64,000 bases of DNA. It comes from Candidatus Latescibacterota bacterium (GTDB taxonomy: Bacteria; Latescibacterota; UBA2968; UBA8231). The notes below the pieces were generated by a model. It was not told where the DNA came from. It did not search any database and was given only the letters and a program-made list of their open reading frames with translations. The stretch is from positions 2,048,001-2,112,000 of the forward strand of contig OZ241889.1 in the NCBI GenBank assembly GCA_965203355.1, written 5' to 3'. How positions within the stretch are numbered: the first letter of the stretch is position 1; each line of letters opens with the position of its first letter. The translations under genes were made by a program, and so were the position numbers. Shown piece by piece: positions 47,498-56,572 of this stretch.

Positions 47498-49051
47498 TCA
47501 TTTTTTGTAATTTTTCGGGTAGATGGCTAGTTTTTGCAGCCGATAAGAGAAAATGCGGGTCGTAGTACCGAGCGTGCGGGCGGCCTTGGCCATGTTGCCA
47601 CGGGCGTTCTTGAGGGCCTCGATGATGATTTCTCGTTCATAAGCCTGCATCATCGCATTAAAGGAGCCGGCGACCGGCGTTCCAGTGGCGTCGGCCGTTT
47701 GCAGGGAGGGGGGCAGGTGGTGGCCGTGGATGACGCCGTCGTTGCTGAGGATGATGGCCCGTTCAATGCAGTTTTCCAACTCGCGCACATTGCCCGGCCA
47801 GTGGTAGCTCATCATCATGTCAATGGCGGGTGTAGAAATGCGGTGCATCTCCACGCCGAGCTGACGAGAGTGCTTTTCGAGGAAGTGATCGGCGAGTTGC
47901 AGGATGTCGGATTTGCGCTCGCGCAAGGGCGGAATGAAGATGGGAAAGACATTGATCCGATAGAAGAGATCCTCGCGGAAAGTCCCCTCGACGATGGCTT
48001 TTTCCAAGTCTATGTGGGTCGCCGCGACGACGCGGACATCAATCGGCACCGGCCCGCGACCGCCGAGGCGCTCGACTTCGCGGTTTTGCAGTACGCGGAG
48101 CAGTTTGACCTGTGCGCCTAGGCTGAGTTCGCCGATTTCGTCGAGGAAAACCGTCCCGCCGTGCGCTCGTTCAAATCGGCCGGCTTTGCTCGTTGAAGCC
48201 CCGGTGTAAGCACCGCGCTCGTGGCCGAATAATTCGGATTCGACCAAGGTCTCTGGTAGGGCGGCGACGTGTACTTTAACAAAGGGTTTGTCGGCGCGTA
48301 AGCTGTTGTAATGTATGGCATCTGCGGCTAGTTCCTTCCCGGTGCCGCTGGCGCCGCGCAACAGGACCGTGGCATCGTTGGGAGCTACTTGGCCGATGAG
48401 CTGACAAACCTCCTGCATGGGACTGGAGTTGCCGATGAGGTTGGCCGGGTGGAAGCGCTCGCGGAGTTCGTTTTGCAGGCGCAAGTTTTCGTTGAGAAGC
48501 TGGGTTTGCTCGGCGCGGGCGCGTTGGCGGGCGGCGACCGATTGGCCGATCATGACGGATATGATGGACAGCAGCCGCACGGTATCTTGCAGGCTTTCGT
48601 TGTCCTTATAGGGAATGTCGACGCTAATGGTCCCTACTACCTGCTGCTGCTGGAGGATGGGCACGCAAATGAACGAGGTCTGGTTCTTGGCCACGCTGCC
48701 GCGTGCGCCAGTGCGGTTGAGGAAGAGCGGCTCGCTGCTGATGCGCGGCACGATCACGGGCTTGCCCGATTCCACGACCTTGCCGGTGATGCCTTCCCCG
48801 ACGTCGTAGCGGCCGCGCTTGATTTCCGATTTCGAGAGGCCATAGGCCACGTCGATGGAGACTTCGGTGGCCTCGCGGCTCAAGAGGCTGACCGTGCCCA
48901 AACTCATGTCGAGTTGGTCGCACATGAGCTTGAGGATGGCGTTGAGTGCCTCCTCAAACTTGGTGGTCGATCCTAGTATTTGCCCAATTTTGTGTAGGAT
49001 GGAGATTTGTTGTTGGGCACTGGTGGTCGGCGAGGTAGACATGTGATCCAT
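47498..49051 (-). CDS. NifA-like sigma54 enhancer-binding protein (GAF-AAA+-HTH)
   Basis: GAF motif GEGITGKVVESG..EPLFLNRT..SFICVPI; GASGTGKE, ESELFGHERGAYTGA, WPGNVRELEN; Fis-type HTH. Confidence 0.9.
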   Translation of the reverse strand: MDHMSTSPTTSAQQQISILHKIGQILGSTTKFEEALNAILKLMCDQLDMSLGTVSLLSREATEVSIDVAYGLSKSEIKRGRYDVGEGITGKVVESGKPVIVPRISSEPLFLNRTGARGSVAKNQTSFICVPILQQQQVVGTISVDIPYKDNESLQDTVRLLSIISVMIGQSVAARQRARAEQTQLLNENLRLQNELRERFHPANLIGNSSPMQEVCQLIGQVAPNDATVLLRGASGTGKELAADAIHYNSLRADKPFVKVHVAALPETLVESELFGHERGAYTGASTSKAGRFERAHGGTVFLDEIGELSLGAQVKLLRVLQNREVERLGGRGPVPIDVRVVAATHIDLEKAIVEGTFREDLFYRINVFPIFIPPLRERKSDILQLADHFLEKHSRQLGVEMHRISTPAIDMMMSYHWPGNVRELENCIERAIILSNDGVIHGHHLPPSLQTADATGTPVAGSFNAMMQAYEREIIIEALKNARGNMAKAARTLGTTTRIFSYRLQKLAIYPKNYKK

Positions 49052-49060
49052 TCTATTTTA

Positions 49061-49102
49061 CGACATTTTTGTCATTAGTATGTATGAAAACGACATTTTT
49101 GT
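49061..49102. promoter_or_regulatory. Tandem CGACATTTTTGT motifs upstream of the activator gene
   Basis: 12-bp direct repeat at 49061 and 49091; the first contains a GACA-N4-TGTC palindrome; resembles the 47444-47489 half-sites. Confidence 0.6.
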
Positions 49103-49345
49103 AAATATCAAACAGCCCATATTCGCGGTCAAAACGGAAAATCGGCCAAAAATACAGTGGCATACCCGCAAGCGGGCCTCATTAAAGCTAAGTGCCGAAA
49201 ATGCGCGGCCTATTGTGTTAGCACAAGCTATGCCATCGCCCGGCGACCGAGGGAAGGTCATTGCCGCCATGCCGCAACTCGGTTATAATGATGTTGCGAT
49301 GCGAATTTCTGTTATGCCAGTACACAGCGGTTGTGCGAGGTTGGC

Positions 49346-50119
49346 ATGAGTCGAGATATGACCGACCTATTAAATGAATGGTCCTTCGACCCAGAGGCGA
49401 ATGTGCGGAAAATATCGGGAAAGGACGGGGTTGCGAAGATCCAGATCCGGATCGACCAAGGGGCCTTTCAGGGCATTTTGCAACTCAATCTCGATGGCCG
49501 GCCCGACGGCCGACGGCCGCACGGGCGGGACTTTGCCCTCGATTACTACCGGGGCGAATTGGAAAAATACCGCTGCGAACACGAGGCCAGCGACGAGGGC
49601 TTCGCGCTCGATGAAGCGGCTTGCCGTGAGCTTTTTGACGAAGGGAGCCGCTTGTACAAGCGCTACGCCTTTCTGGTCCAACTACACGACTACCGGCGAG
49701 TCGTGCGCGATACCGAGCGCAATATGGCACTTTTTCGCTTTGTCAACCGCTATGCCGAGCGCGAAGAGGACCGCGACAACTTGGAGAGATGGTGGCCTTA
49801 TATCTTGCGCATCAACGGCGTGGCTCGGGCCATGATCTCCATCGGCGACCAGGACTACGACGGCGCGTTGGCGATCGTGCAGCGCACTCGGGCGCGGATT
49901 GGCACGTGGCCCGAGGTGGAGGCCGAGGAGTTCTACATCGAGCGCGAGCGTTCAGAAGCTGCGCTCGATGAGCTAGAAGAGGAAATTTTGCAAAAGAAGC
50001 CGCTGAGCCGACAAGAGCAGTTGGCGCGCTGGCTACAAGAAGCGGTCGATAGCGAAGACTTTGAAAAAGCCGCGCTGTTGCGCGACGAACTCAAGAAACT
50101 GCGGGCAGGCCAAGGCTGA
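49346..50119 (+). CDS. Conserved hypothetical protein with C-terminal UvrB/UvrC (UVR) motif
   Basis: LQLNLDGRPDGRRPHG; C-terminal LQEAVDSEDFEKAALLRDEL. Confidence 0.75.
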   Translation: MSRDMTDLLNEWSFDPEANVRKISGKDGVAKIQIRIDQGAFQGILQLNLDGRPDGRRPHGRDFALDYYRGELEKYRCEHEASDEGFALDEAACRELFDEGSRLYKRYAFLVQLHDYRRVVRDTERNMALFRFVNRYAEREEDRDNLERWWPYILRINGVARAMISIGDQDYDGALAIVQRTRARIGTWPEVEAEEFYIERERSEAALDELEEEILQKKPLSRQEQLARWLQEAVDSEDFEKAALLRDELKKLRAGQG

Positions 50120-50196
50120 CCGAGGCTGATGCCGCCCACTCCTACCGAATTGGCGGTCCGCTGCCCATGCCTAGGGCAGCGGACTCGCTGGCAATC

Positions 50197-51069
50197 CTAG
50201 TAAAAGTCCGTCTCATCCACCAGCGCGAGGAGCGACTGATAGCGATTCGGGTGGCGGAGCTTGCCCAAGGCGCGCTCCTTAAGCTGGCGCACGCGCTCCC
50301 GCGTCAGGCCCATCAACCCGCCGATCTGCTCCAAAGTCAGCGCTTGGCTGCCGTCGAGACCGAAGTAGAGGCGAATGATGCGCAACTCGCGGTCTTCGAG
50401 GCTGGCGAGGGCCTCCTGTAGATGGGCGCGTGCCGAGTTTTGCAAGACATCGCTGTCGGGCGTCGCTTGATTGTCGTCGGAGAGGAGGGTGTGCAAGCTG
50501 CGGTCGTCGTCGTCCTCAAAGGACTCGTCGAGCGAACGCACCGAGCGGGCGCTGAGCATCGTGTCGCGGACCTCCTCGGTTGGCAGGCCCAACTCCGCGG
50601 CGATTTCCTCGACATCTGGCTCATTCTCGCGGCCTTGGCCCAGCTTGCGCACGGCCCGCGAAATGTCCTTGAGCAGGCTGAGCTTGTTCAGCGGCAGGCG
50701 CACGGTGCGGGCGTGATCGGCGATGGTCTGCAAGATGGACTGCTTGATCCACCACACGGCGTACGAGATGAACTTGTATCCCTTGGTGCCGTCGAAGCGG
50801 TCAGCAGCGGTCAGCAAACCCACGTTGCCGGCGCTGATCAGGTCCTCTAGCGAGAGACCGCGATTCTGGTAGTTTTTGGCCACGTCGATGACGAAGCGCA
50901 GGTTGGCTTGCACCAACTCGTCGCGTGCGCCCATGTCGCCGTCTTGAATCCGAGCCGACAACTCGACTTCCCGCTCGCGGCTCAGCGGTCTAGAATCGGC
51001 GATGTCGTCGAAGTAGAGGCGCAGGGTGTTGTCCTCGTCATTGAGGATTTCTTGGATCGTGTAAGCCAT
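50197..51069 (-). CDS. RNA polymerase sigma70-family factor (RpoD/RpoS-like, lacking region 1.1)
   Basis: LVQANLRFVIDVAK.YQNRGL..DLI..GN.GL, KFISYAVWWIKQSI, TLEQIG..LTRERVRQL. Confidence 0.92.
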   Translation of the reverse strand: MAYTIQEILNDEDNTLRLYFDDIADSRPLSREREVELSARIQDGDMGARDELVQANLRFVIDVAKNYQNRGLSLEDLISAGNVGLLTAADRFDGTKGYKFISYAVWWIKQSILQTIADHARTVRLPLNKLSLLKDISRAVRKLGQGRENEPDVEEIAAELGLPTEEVRDTMLSARSVRSLDESFEDDDDRSLHTLLSDDNQATPDSDVLQNSARAHLQEALASLEDRELRIIRLYFGLDGSQALTLEQIGGLMGLTRERVRQLKERALGKLRHPNRYQSLLALVDETDFY

Positions 51070-51714
51070 ATGTGAAAACTCCTATTAATAATGGGATTAG
51101 CAGGTGCAAATTTTTGCACTTAGTTCAACGAGATCGGAGCTTGTCCAAGGTGTGTTCCTTAAACTGGCGCACACGCCCCGCGTCAGACCCATCGAGACCG
51201 CGGTAGCGGTACAGGACGCGCTACTCGCGGTCTTCCTGGGTTGGCGGGTCCAGATTCGCGGCGATTTCCTCGATCGCGCGGCTTTAGCCCAGCTTGCGGG
51301 TGTGCGCGGCGACGGTCTGGAAGATGAACTGCTTGATCCACAACTCGGCGTACAAGATGAACTTGCATTCCTTGGTGCCGTCGAAGCGGTCAGCAGCGGT
51401 CAGCAAACCCACGTTGCCGGCGCTGATCAGGTCCTCTAGCGAGAGACCGCGATTCTGGTAGTTTTTGGCCACGTCGATGACGAAGCGCAGGTTGGCTTGC
51501 ACCAACTCGTCGCGTGCGCCCATGTCGCCGTCTTGAATCCGAGCCGACAACTCGACTTCCCGCTCGCGGCTCAGCGGTCTAGAATCGGCGATGTCGTCGA
51601 AGTAGAGGCGCAGGGTGTTGTCCTCGTCATTGAGGATTTCTTGGATCGTGTAAGCCATGTGTGAAAACTCCTATTAATAATGGGATTAGCAGGTGCAAAT
51701 TTTTGCACTTAGTT
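50780..51714. repeat. Direct repeat of about 345 bp (about 50780-51125 and 51369-51714)
   Basis: Offset 589; covers the sigma 5' half, RBS and ~55 bp upstream; one mismatch seen, next to the start codon. Confidence 0.9.
51130..51658 (-). pseudogene. Decayed tandem copy of the sigma factor gene (intact 124-codon ORF 51284-51658 plus degraded 3' remnants)
   Basis: First ~97 codons identical to 50197..51069; 51130-51370 contains mutated, deleted fragments of regions 2.4-4. Confidence 0.85.
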
Positions 51715-51957
51715 GCAACAATTTTGGCTAGCTTAAATTGAGCTAGTTAGAAGCGTCAGACGCTAGGTGCTCAAAGTGCAAAAATTGCATCCTCATTGTT
51801 TTGGTTCAAGGTTGCAAAGCGTCTCCGCTTTGCCCAAGGTTCGAGCCAACAACATTGCTTGCTCTGTATTAACAGACAGTTACGGTCGATGCAGGCTGTG
51901 AAACTCTTCTGATTGTGCAGAAGGCAACCGGCCCTTCTATCGACTCACCTATAAGCA

Positions 51958-51973
51958 AGCAAATTCAGTGCCA
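51958..51973 (-). promoter_or_regulatory. Sigma54 -24/-12 promoter upstream of the sigma70 gene pair
   Basis: Minus strand TGGCACTGAATTTGCT. Confidence 0.75.
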
Positions 51974-52121
51974 CACTTTAAATTATTACGGTTAAATTAT
52001 TGTGAATATGGTACTTATGAGAAAGGCACTGTCGGGCGGGAAGCAGGTTGAGGGACCGCATAGGCCCAAAAATGCAAAAATTGCAGGAGTCGCCTAAAGT
52101 TTGCCGACGGCCGATGGCGTG

Positions 52122-53486
52122 TTACTTGGTCGTGATGTTGTACCGCTTGATCTTGTACTGCAAGGAGCGGACGCTAATGCCCAAAATGGCGGCCGCTTCG
52201 CGGCGGTTGCCCGTGAGGCGTTGGAGGGTTTGGCGGATGAGTTCGGCTTCGACTTCTTTGAGGGTGGAGCCGAGGGCCATTGAGAACTGCCCAGGGCCTT
52301 CGGCTAGCGCGCCGAACGGGCCGGGCAGGTGTTCGGGGAGGATGACCGCCGCCGAGGTGGTGACCACGAGCCGCTGCAGTATGTTGCGCAACTCGCGCAC
52401 ATTGCCCGGCCAATCATAGGTGATGAGGCTCTCCATAGCTTCCGGGCTGATCTTCTTGGCGGGTTTTTTTGCCGCACGGCAGGTTTCGTCGAGGCACATT
52501 TCGACTAAGACAGGGATGTCTTCTCGGCGTTGGCGCAAGGGGGGAATGTCGATGGGGACCACGTTGAGGCGGTAGTACAGATCTTCGCGGAAGCGCCCTG
52601 TTGCGACTGCGTCTTCGAGGTCGCGGTTCGTCGCGGCGATGATGCGCACATCGGCGCGGTGGACCTTTGGGTCGCCGAGTGGTTGGAATTCGTGGGATTC
52701 TAGGACGCGCAGCAGCTCGACCTGATTTTTGTGCGGGACTTCGCCGATCTCGTCGAGGAAGAGCGTCCCGCCCTCGGCGAGGGTGAAACGGCCGGGCCGG
52801 TCGGCGTTGGCACTGGTAAAGGCCCCGCGCTTGTGGCCGAACAATTCACTGGTAAAGAGTTCTTCGGTGAAGCCGCCGCAGTTGACGGCCACAAAGGGGG
52901 CTTTGCGGCGTCTGCTGCGGTCGTGGATGGCGCGTGCGACCAGATCCTTGCCAACGCCGGTTTCGCCGCGCAAGAGCACTGGCACGTCCGTTTCGGCCAC
53001 TTGTTTGATCGTGACCGCGGCCGCCTGCATGGCCGGGCTGCGGCGCACGAGGCGGCGAAAGGGGGCTTCTTTTTCGAGGCGATGGTGGAGCTTGCGGTTT
53101 TCGACGACGAGCTCGAAGCGGTCGAGGGCGCGTGCGACTACGAGACGCAACTGGTCTAGATCGACGGGTTTGGTCACTACGTCGTACGCGCCTTTGCGCA
53201 TGGCTTCGACCGCGGTGTGGGTGTTGTTGTGGTCCGTGAGTATGATGCACAGGGTGTCGGGGTATTGCTGGCCGATCTTCTGCAAAAGTTTCATCCCAGT
53301 GGAGCCGGGCATCTGCAAGTCGAGAATAGCCAAGTGGAAGTTGCCGACTTTCAGCATCCGGCGCACTTGGTCGCCGTCCGCGGCGGTTTCAATGGCATAG
53401 CCGGGTTTTTGCAATGCCTCTTGCAACCCTTCGCGGATAAAGAGCGATGAGTCGGCGATGAGGATGTTGGCTTGGAGTTGGGGCAT
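52122..53486 (-). CDS. NtrC/AtoC-family sigma54-dependent response regulator
   Basis: Receiver ILDLQMPG..KP; GETGVGKD, SELFGHKRGAFTSA, WPGNVREL; Fis-type HTH. Confidence 0.93.
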   Translation of the reverse strand: MPQLQANILIADSSLFIREGLQEALQKPGYAIETAADGDQVRRMLKVGNFHLAILDLQMPGSTGMKLLQKIGQQYPDTLCIILTDHNNTHTAVEAMRKGAYDVVTKPVDLDQLRLVVARALDRFELVVENRKLHHRLEKEAPFRRLVRRSPAMQAAAVTIKQVAETDVPVLLRGETGVGKDLVARAIHDRSRRRKAPFVAVNCGGFTEELFTSELFGHKRGAFTSANADRPGRFTLAEGGTLFLDEIGEVPHKNQVELLRVLESHEFQPLGDPKVHRADVRIIAATNRDLEDAVATGRFREDLYYRLNVVPIDIPPLRQRREDIPVLVEMCLDETCRAAKKPAKKISPEAMESLITYDWPGNVRELRNILQRLVVTTSAAVILPEHLPGPFGALAEGPGQFSMALGSTLKEVEAELIRQTLQRLTGNRREAAAILGISVRSLQYKIKRYNITTK

Positions 53487-53530
53487 GCGCTCTTGTTGAC
53501 AGTGCTGGCGAGGAGACTAGCTTCTCCTGC

Positions 53531-54259
53531 ATGGAGAATAAACAAAACGCCACCGAACACAAGAGGCGCAATCGAGACATGTTCAACGCCATTGCGCGGC
53601 GCTACGACTTGCTCAACCACCTGCTCAGCGGTGGGGTGGATGTGTACTGGCGGTGGCGCGCCCTCCACGCCGCCCGGCACAAGCATCCGCAGCGCGTGTT
53701 GGATTTGGCTACGGGCACCGGCGATTTTGCCCTGGCGGCGGCCCGCTTGAGGCCCCAGCAGGTCGTCGGTATTGACATGGCGATTGAGATGCTGCGGCTG
53801 GGGGCGACCAAGGTGGCGGCCAAGTCGCCGTCCGCACGTGTGGAGTTGTTAGTCGGCGATGCCGAGCAACTGCCGTTTCAGGACAATACCTTCGATATGG
53901 TGACCGGGGCCTTTGGGGTGCGAAACTTTAGCCACATTCCCAGTGGCTTGGCCGAGGCGCGTCGGGTGCTCAAACCTGGTGGCCAGCTTTTGGTGCTCGA
54001 CTTCTGCGAGCCAGCGGCACCGCTGTTTCGGCCCTTGTACTTGTTTTACTTCCACAAAGTGCTGCCCTGGATCGGTGGCCTCGTCTCTGGCCAGCGCCAG
54101 GCCTACGCCTATTTGCCGCGCTCGGTGGGGACCTTTCCCCAGGGGCCGGCCTTTGTCGAATTGCTCGTCGCGGCTGGGTTCAGCCAAGCGCGATATGCGC
54201 CGCTAACGCTGGGCATTGCCGCGGTGTACCAAGGCGTCAAAGGGCCGGTTGACGAATGA
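53531..54259 (+). CDS. menG: Demethylmenaquinone methyltransferase UbiE/MenG
   Basis: FNAIARRYDLLNHLLS.G, VLDLATGTGD, GDAEQLPF, FGVRN, RVLKPGG. Confidence 0.93.
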   Translation: MENKQNATEHKRRNRDMFNAIARRYDLLNHLLSGGVDVYWRWRALHAARHKHPQRVLDLATGTGDFALAAARLRPQQVVGIDMAIEMLRLGATKVAAKSPSARVELLVGDAEQLPFQDNTFDMVTGAFGVRNFSHIPSGLAEARRVLKPGGQLLVLDFCEPAAPLFRPLYLFYFHKVLPWIGGLVSGQRQAYAYLPRSVGTFPQGPAFVELLVAAGFSQARYAPLTLGIAAVYQGVKGPVDE

Positions 54260-54299
54260 GATACCCATAGGTATTATGTACTAAACGCAGGAGAAATAA

Positions 54300-55424
54300 G
54301 TGATTTACGACGATCTTATTGGCCGCGCTGGGCTCGCGGATATCCACGACAAAGTGCTGGCTGGGCAGCGTTTGAGCTTGGACGACGGTCGGCGCTTGTA
54401 CGCCTGCGATGAGCTGCCCATCTTGGGCTATTTGGCCAATATCGTCCGCGAGCGCAAAAGCGGCGATACCGCGTACTACGTGCGCAACCAGCACATCAAC
54501 TACACCAACATCTGCAACAAGCTCTGCAAGTTTTGTTCCTTCTACGTCAAGCCCAAAGACGAGCGCGGCTACGCGTTGACCCCCGAGCAAGTCGCCGCGC
54601 GCGTTGCCGAGTACGACCAAGCCCCGATCACCGAGATCCACATGGTCGGCGGCGTCAATCCCAAGCTGCCCTACCAATACTATCTCGATGTCTTGCGGGC
54701 GATGAAGCAAGCCCGCCCCGCCGCGCATCTGAAGGCTTTCACCATGATCGAGATCGCCCAGATTCAGCGCATCGCCAAAAAGCCGCTGGAGGCGATTTTT
54801 GCCGATATGAAGGCGGCCGGGCTGGAGTCGCTGCCCGGCGGCGGGGCCGAGGTTTTCAGCGACCGGGTCCAAGGCGATCTCTTCTGGACCAAGGCGGATT
54901 CCGAGGAGTGGTTGGCGATCGCGCGGGCGGCGCATCAGGCCGGTCTGCCCTCCAATGCCACCATGCTCTACGGGCACATCGAAAATACCGAGGAGAAAGT
55001 TTATCACCTCGCGCGGCTGCGCGAAGTGCAGGACGAGACCGGCGGCTTTCTTTGCTACATCCCGCTTTCCTTTCACCCCGAGCGCACCGAGTTGGCGGAC
55101 TTGCCCGGGCCGACGGGTTGCCTCGATCTCAAGGAAATCGCCGTGGGGCGGCTGATGCTCGACAACTTCCCCCACGTCAAGACCTTCTGGATTATGAACA
55201 CCATTGAGATTTCGCAGACCGCGCTCTGGTACGGGGCCGACGACATCGACGGCACGGTCATGGACTACGAAATCACCCGCAAGAGTTTCACCGAGACGCA
55301 GCAGCGGCTGACGCAGGCCGAGCTCGTGCAGCGCATTGTCGAGGCCGGGCGCCGGCCCTTAGAGCGCGACTCCCTCTACCATATCGTCGCCGATACTCCG
55401 GCTCTGTTGGCAGCGGCTGGATAG
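54300..55424 (+). CDS. mqnE: Aminofutalosine synthase (radical SAM)
   Basis: NYTNICNKLCKFCSF, EIHMVGG, LPGGGAE, SNATMLYGHIE, RLMLDNFPHVK.FW. Confidence 0.88.
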   Translation: MIYDDLIGRAGLADIHDKVLAGQRLSLDDGRRLYACDELPILGYLANIVRERKSGDTAYYVRNQHINYTNICNKLCKFCSFYVKPKDERGYALTPEQVAARVAEYDQAPITEIHMVGGVNPKLPYQYYLDVLRAMKQARPAAHLKAFTMIEIAQIQRIAKKPLEAIFADMKAAGLESLPGGGAEVFSDRVQGDLFWTKADSEEWLAIARAAHQAGLPSNATMLYGHIENTEEKVYHLARLREVQDETGGFLCYIPLSFHPERTELADLPGPTGCLDLKEIAVGRLMLDNFPHVKTFWIMNTIEISQTALWYGADDIDGTVMDYEITRKSFTETQQRLTQAELVQRIVEAGRRPLERDSLYHIVADTPALLAAAG

Positions 55425-56572
55425 TGCCCGTGATCGCCGATATTGCCGACAAGGTCTATGCTGGAGAGCGCCTCGCGCTCGATGAGGCCCGCCGCTTGTA
55501 CGCGCATCACAACCTCGCCGAGTTGGGGATGCTGGCGCATTGGGCGCGCCAGCAGAAACACCCGGAGCAGGTGGTCACCTACAACATTGGCCGCAACATC
55601 AACTACACCAATGTCTGCTGGGTCAAGTGCGACTTTTGCGCCTTTTACCGGCCGCCGGGTTCGAGCGAGGGCTACGTCCTGACCAATGAGCAGATTTTCG
55701 CCAAGATCGACGAGTTGGTGGCCTTTGGCGGCGATGAGCCTAAGTCCTGCGAAATCCTGATGCAGGGCGGCCTCAACCCCAAGCTGCGCCTCGATTACTA
55801 CGAACAATTGCTCTCGGCGATCCGGGACCGCTATCCGCAGGTACAGCTACACTGTCTTTCGGCTACGGAAATCATCTACATCGCGCACTTATCGCGCCTG
55901 CCGCTGGACGAGACCATTGGCCGCCTGCGTGCGGCCGGGCTGGATTCGATTCCGGGTGCTGGCGCTGAGATACTCAACGACGCAGTGCGCGATATTATCG
56001 GCTTTCGCAAGGATCGCACCGAGGAGTGGCTAACAGTGCATCGCGTGGCGCACGAGTTGGGGATGCCGACTACGGCGACGATGATGTACGGCCATGTAGA
56101 GACCGTCGAGCATCGCCTAGAGCACCTCGACCGCCTGCGGCAGGTACAGGACGAGCGCGGCGGCTTCACCGCCTTTATTGCGTGGAACTTCCAGCCCGAT
56201 CAAACGGACTTGGGGGCGGACTCGGCCCGCTGGAACGGGGTCAAAGCAACCGGGTACGACCATCTGCGCACGGTTGCCGTAGCGCGGCTCTTCCTCGACA
56301 ACATCCCCAACCTACAGGCTTCGTGGGTGACGCAAGGGCCTAAAATCGCCCAAGTCAGCTTGCGCTACGGCATCAACGACTTCGGCAGCACCATGCTCGA
56401 AGAAAACGTCGTCAGTGCCGCCGGCACCAGCCACACCAACGCGATGGGTTTGGACGCTATGGAACGGCTCATCCGCGACGCTGGCTTTGCGCCGCGACGG
56501 CGCAACACTTGCTATGAGCCGGTGGCTTCTCCCGGTCGAATCGACGCTTTGCAAGCGATCGTTCATTTATGA
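55424..56572 (+). CDS. mqnC: Cyclic dehypoxanthine futalosine synthase (radical SAM)
   Basis: RNINYTNVCWVKCDFCAFYR, ILMQGG, TATMMYGH, QASWVTQG, NDFGSTMLEENVV. Confidence 0.9.
   Translation: MPVIADIADKVYAGERLALDEARRLYAHHNLAELGMLAHWARQQKHPEQVVTYNIGRNINYTNVCWVKCDFCAFYRPPGSSEGYVLTNEQIFAKIDELVAFGGDEPKSCEILMQGGLNPKLRLDYYEQLLSAIRDRYPQVQLHCLSATEIIYIAHLSRLPLDETIGRLRAAGLDSIPGAGAEILNDAVRDIIGFRKDRTEEWLTVHRVAHELGMPTTATMMYGHVETVEHRLEHLDRLRQVQDERGGFTAFIAWNFQPDQTDLGADSARWNGVKATGYDHLRTVAVARLFLDNIPNLQASWVTQGPKIAQVSLRYGINDFGSTMLEENVVSAAGTSHTNAMGLDAMERLIRDAGFAPRRRNTCYEPVASPGRIDALQAIVHL

Noticed and set aside
47498-49051. Calling the activator nifA and inferring nitrogen fixation
   Set aside because: No nif structural genes in the window; context is ammonium uptake and assimilation
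49220-49235. Possible sigma54 promoter TGGCATAGCTTGTGCT for the NifA-like gene
   Set aside because: GG/GC spacing is right but the -12 element deviates and the candidate enhancer motifs lie downstream of it; too weak to call
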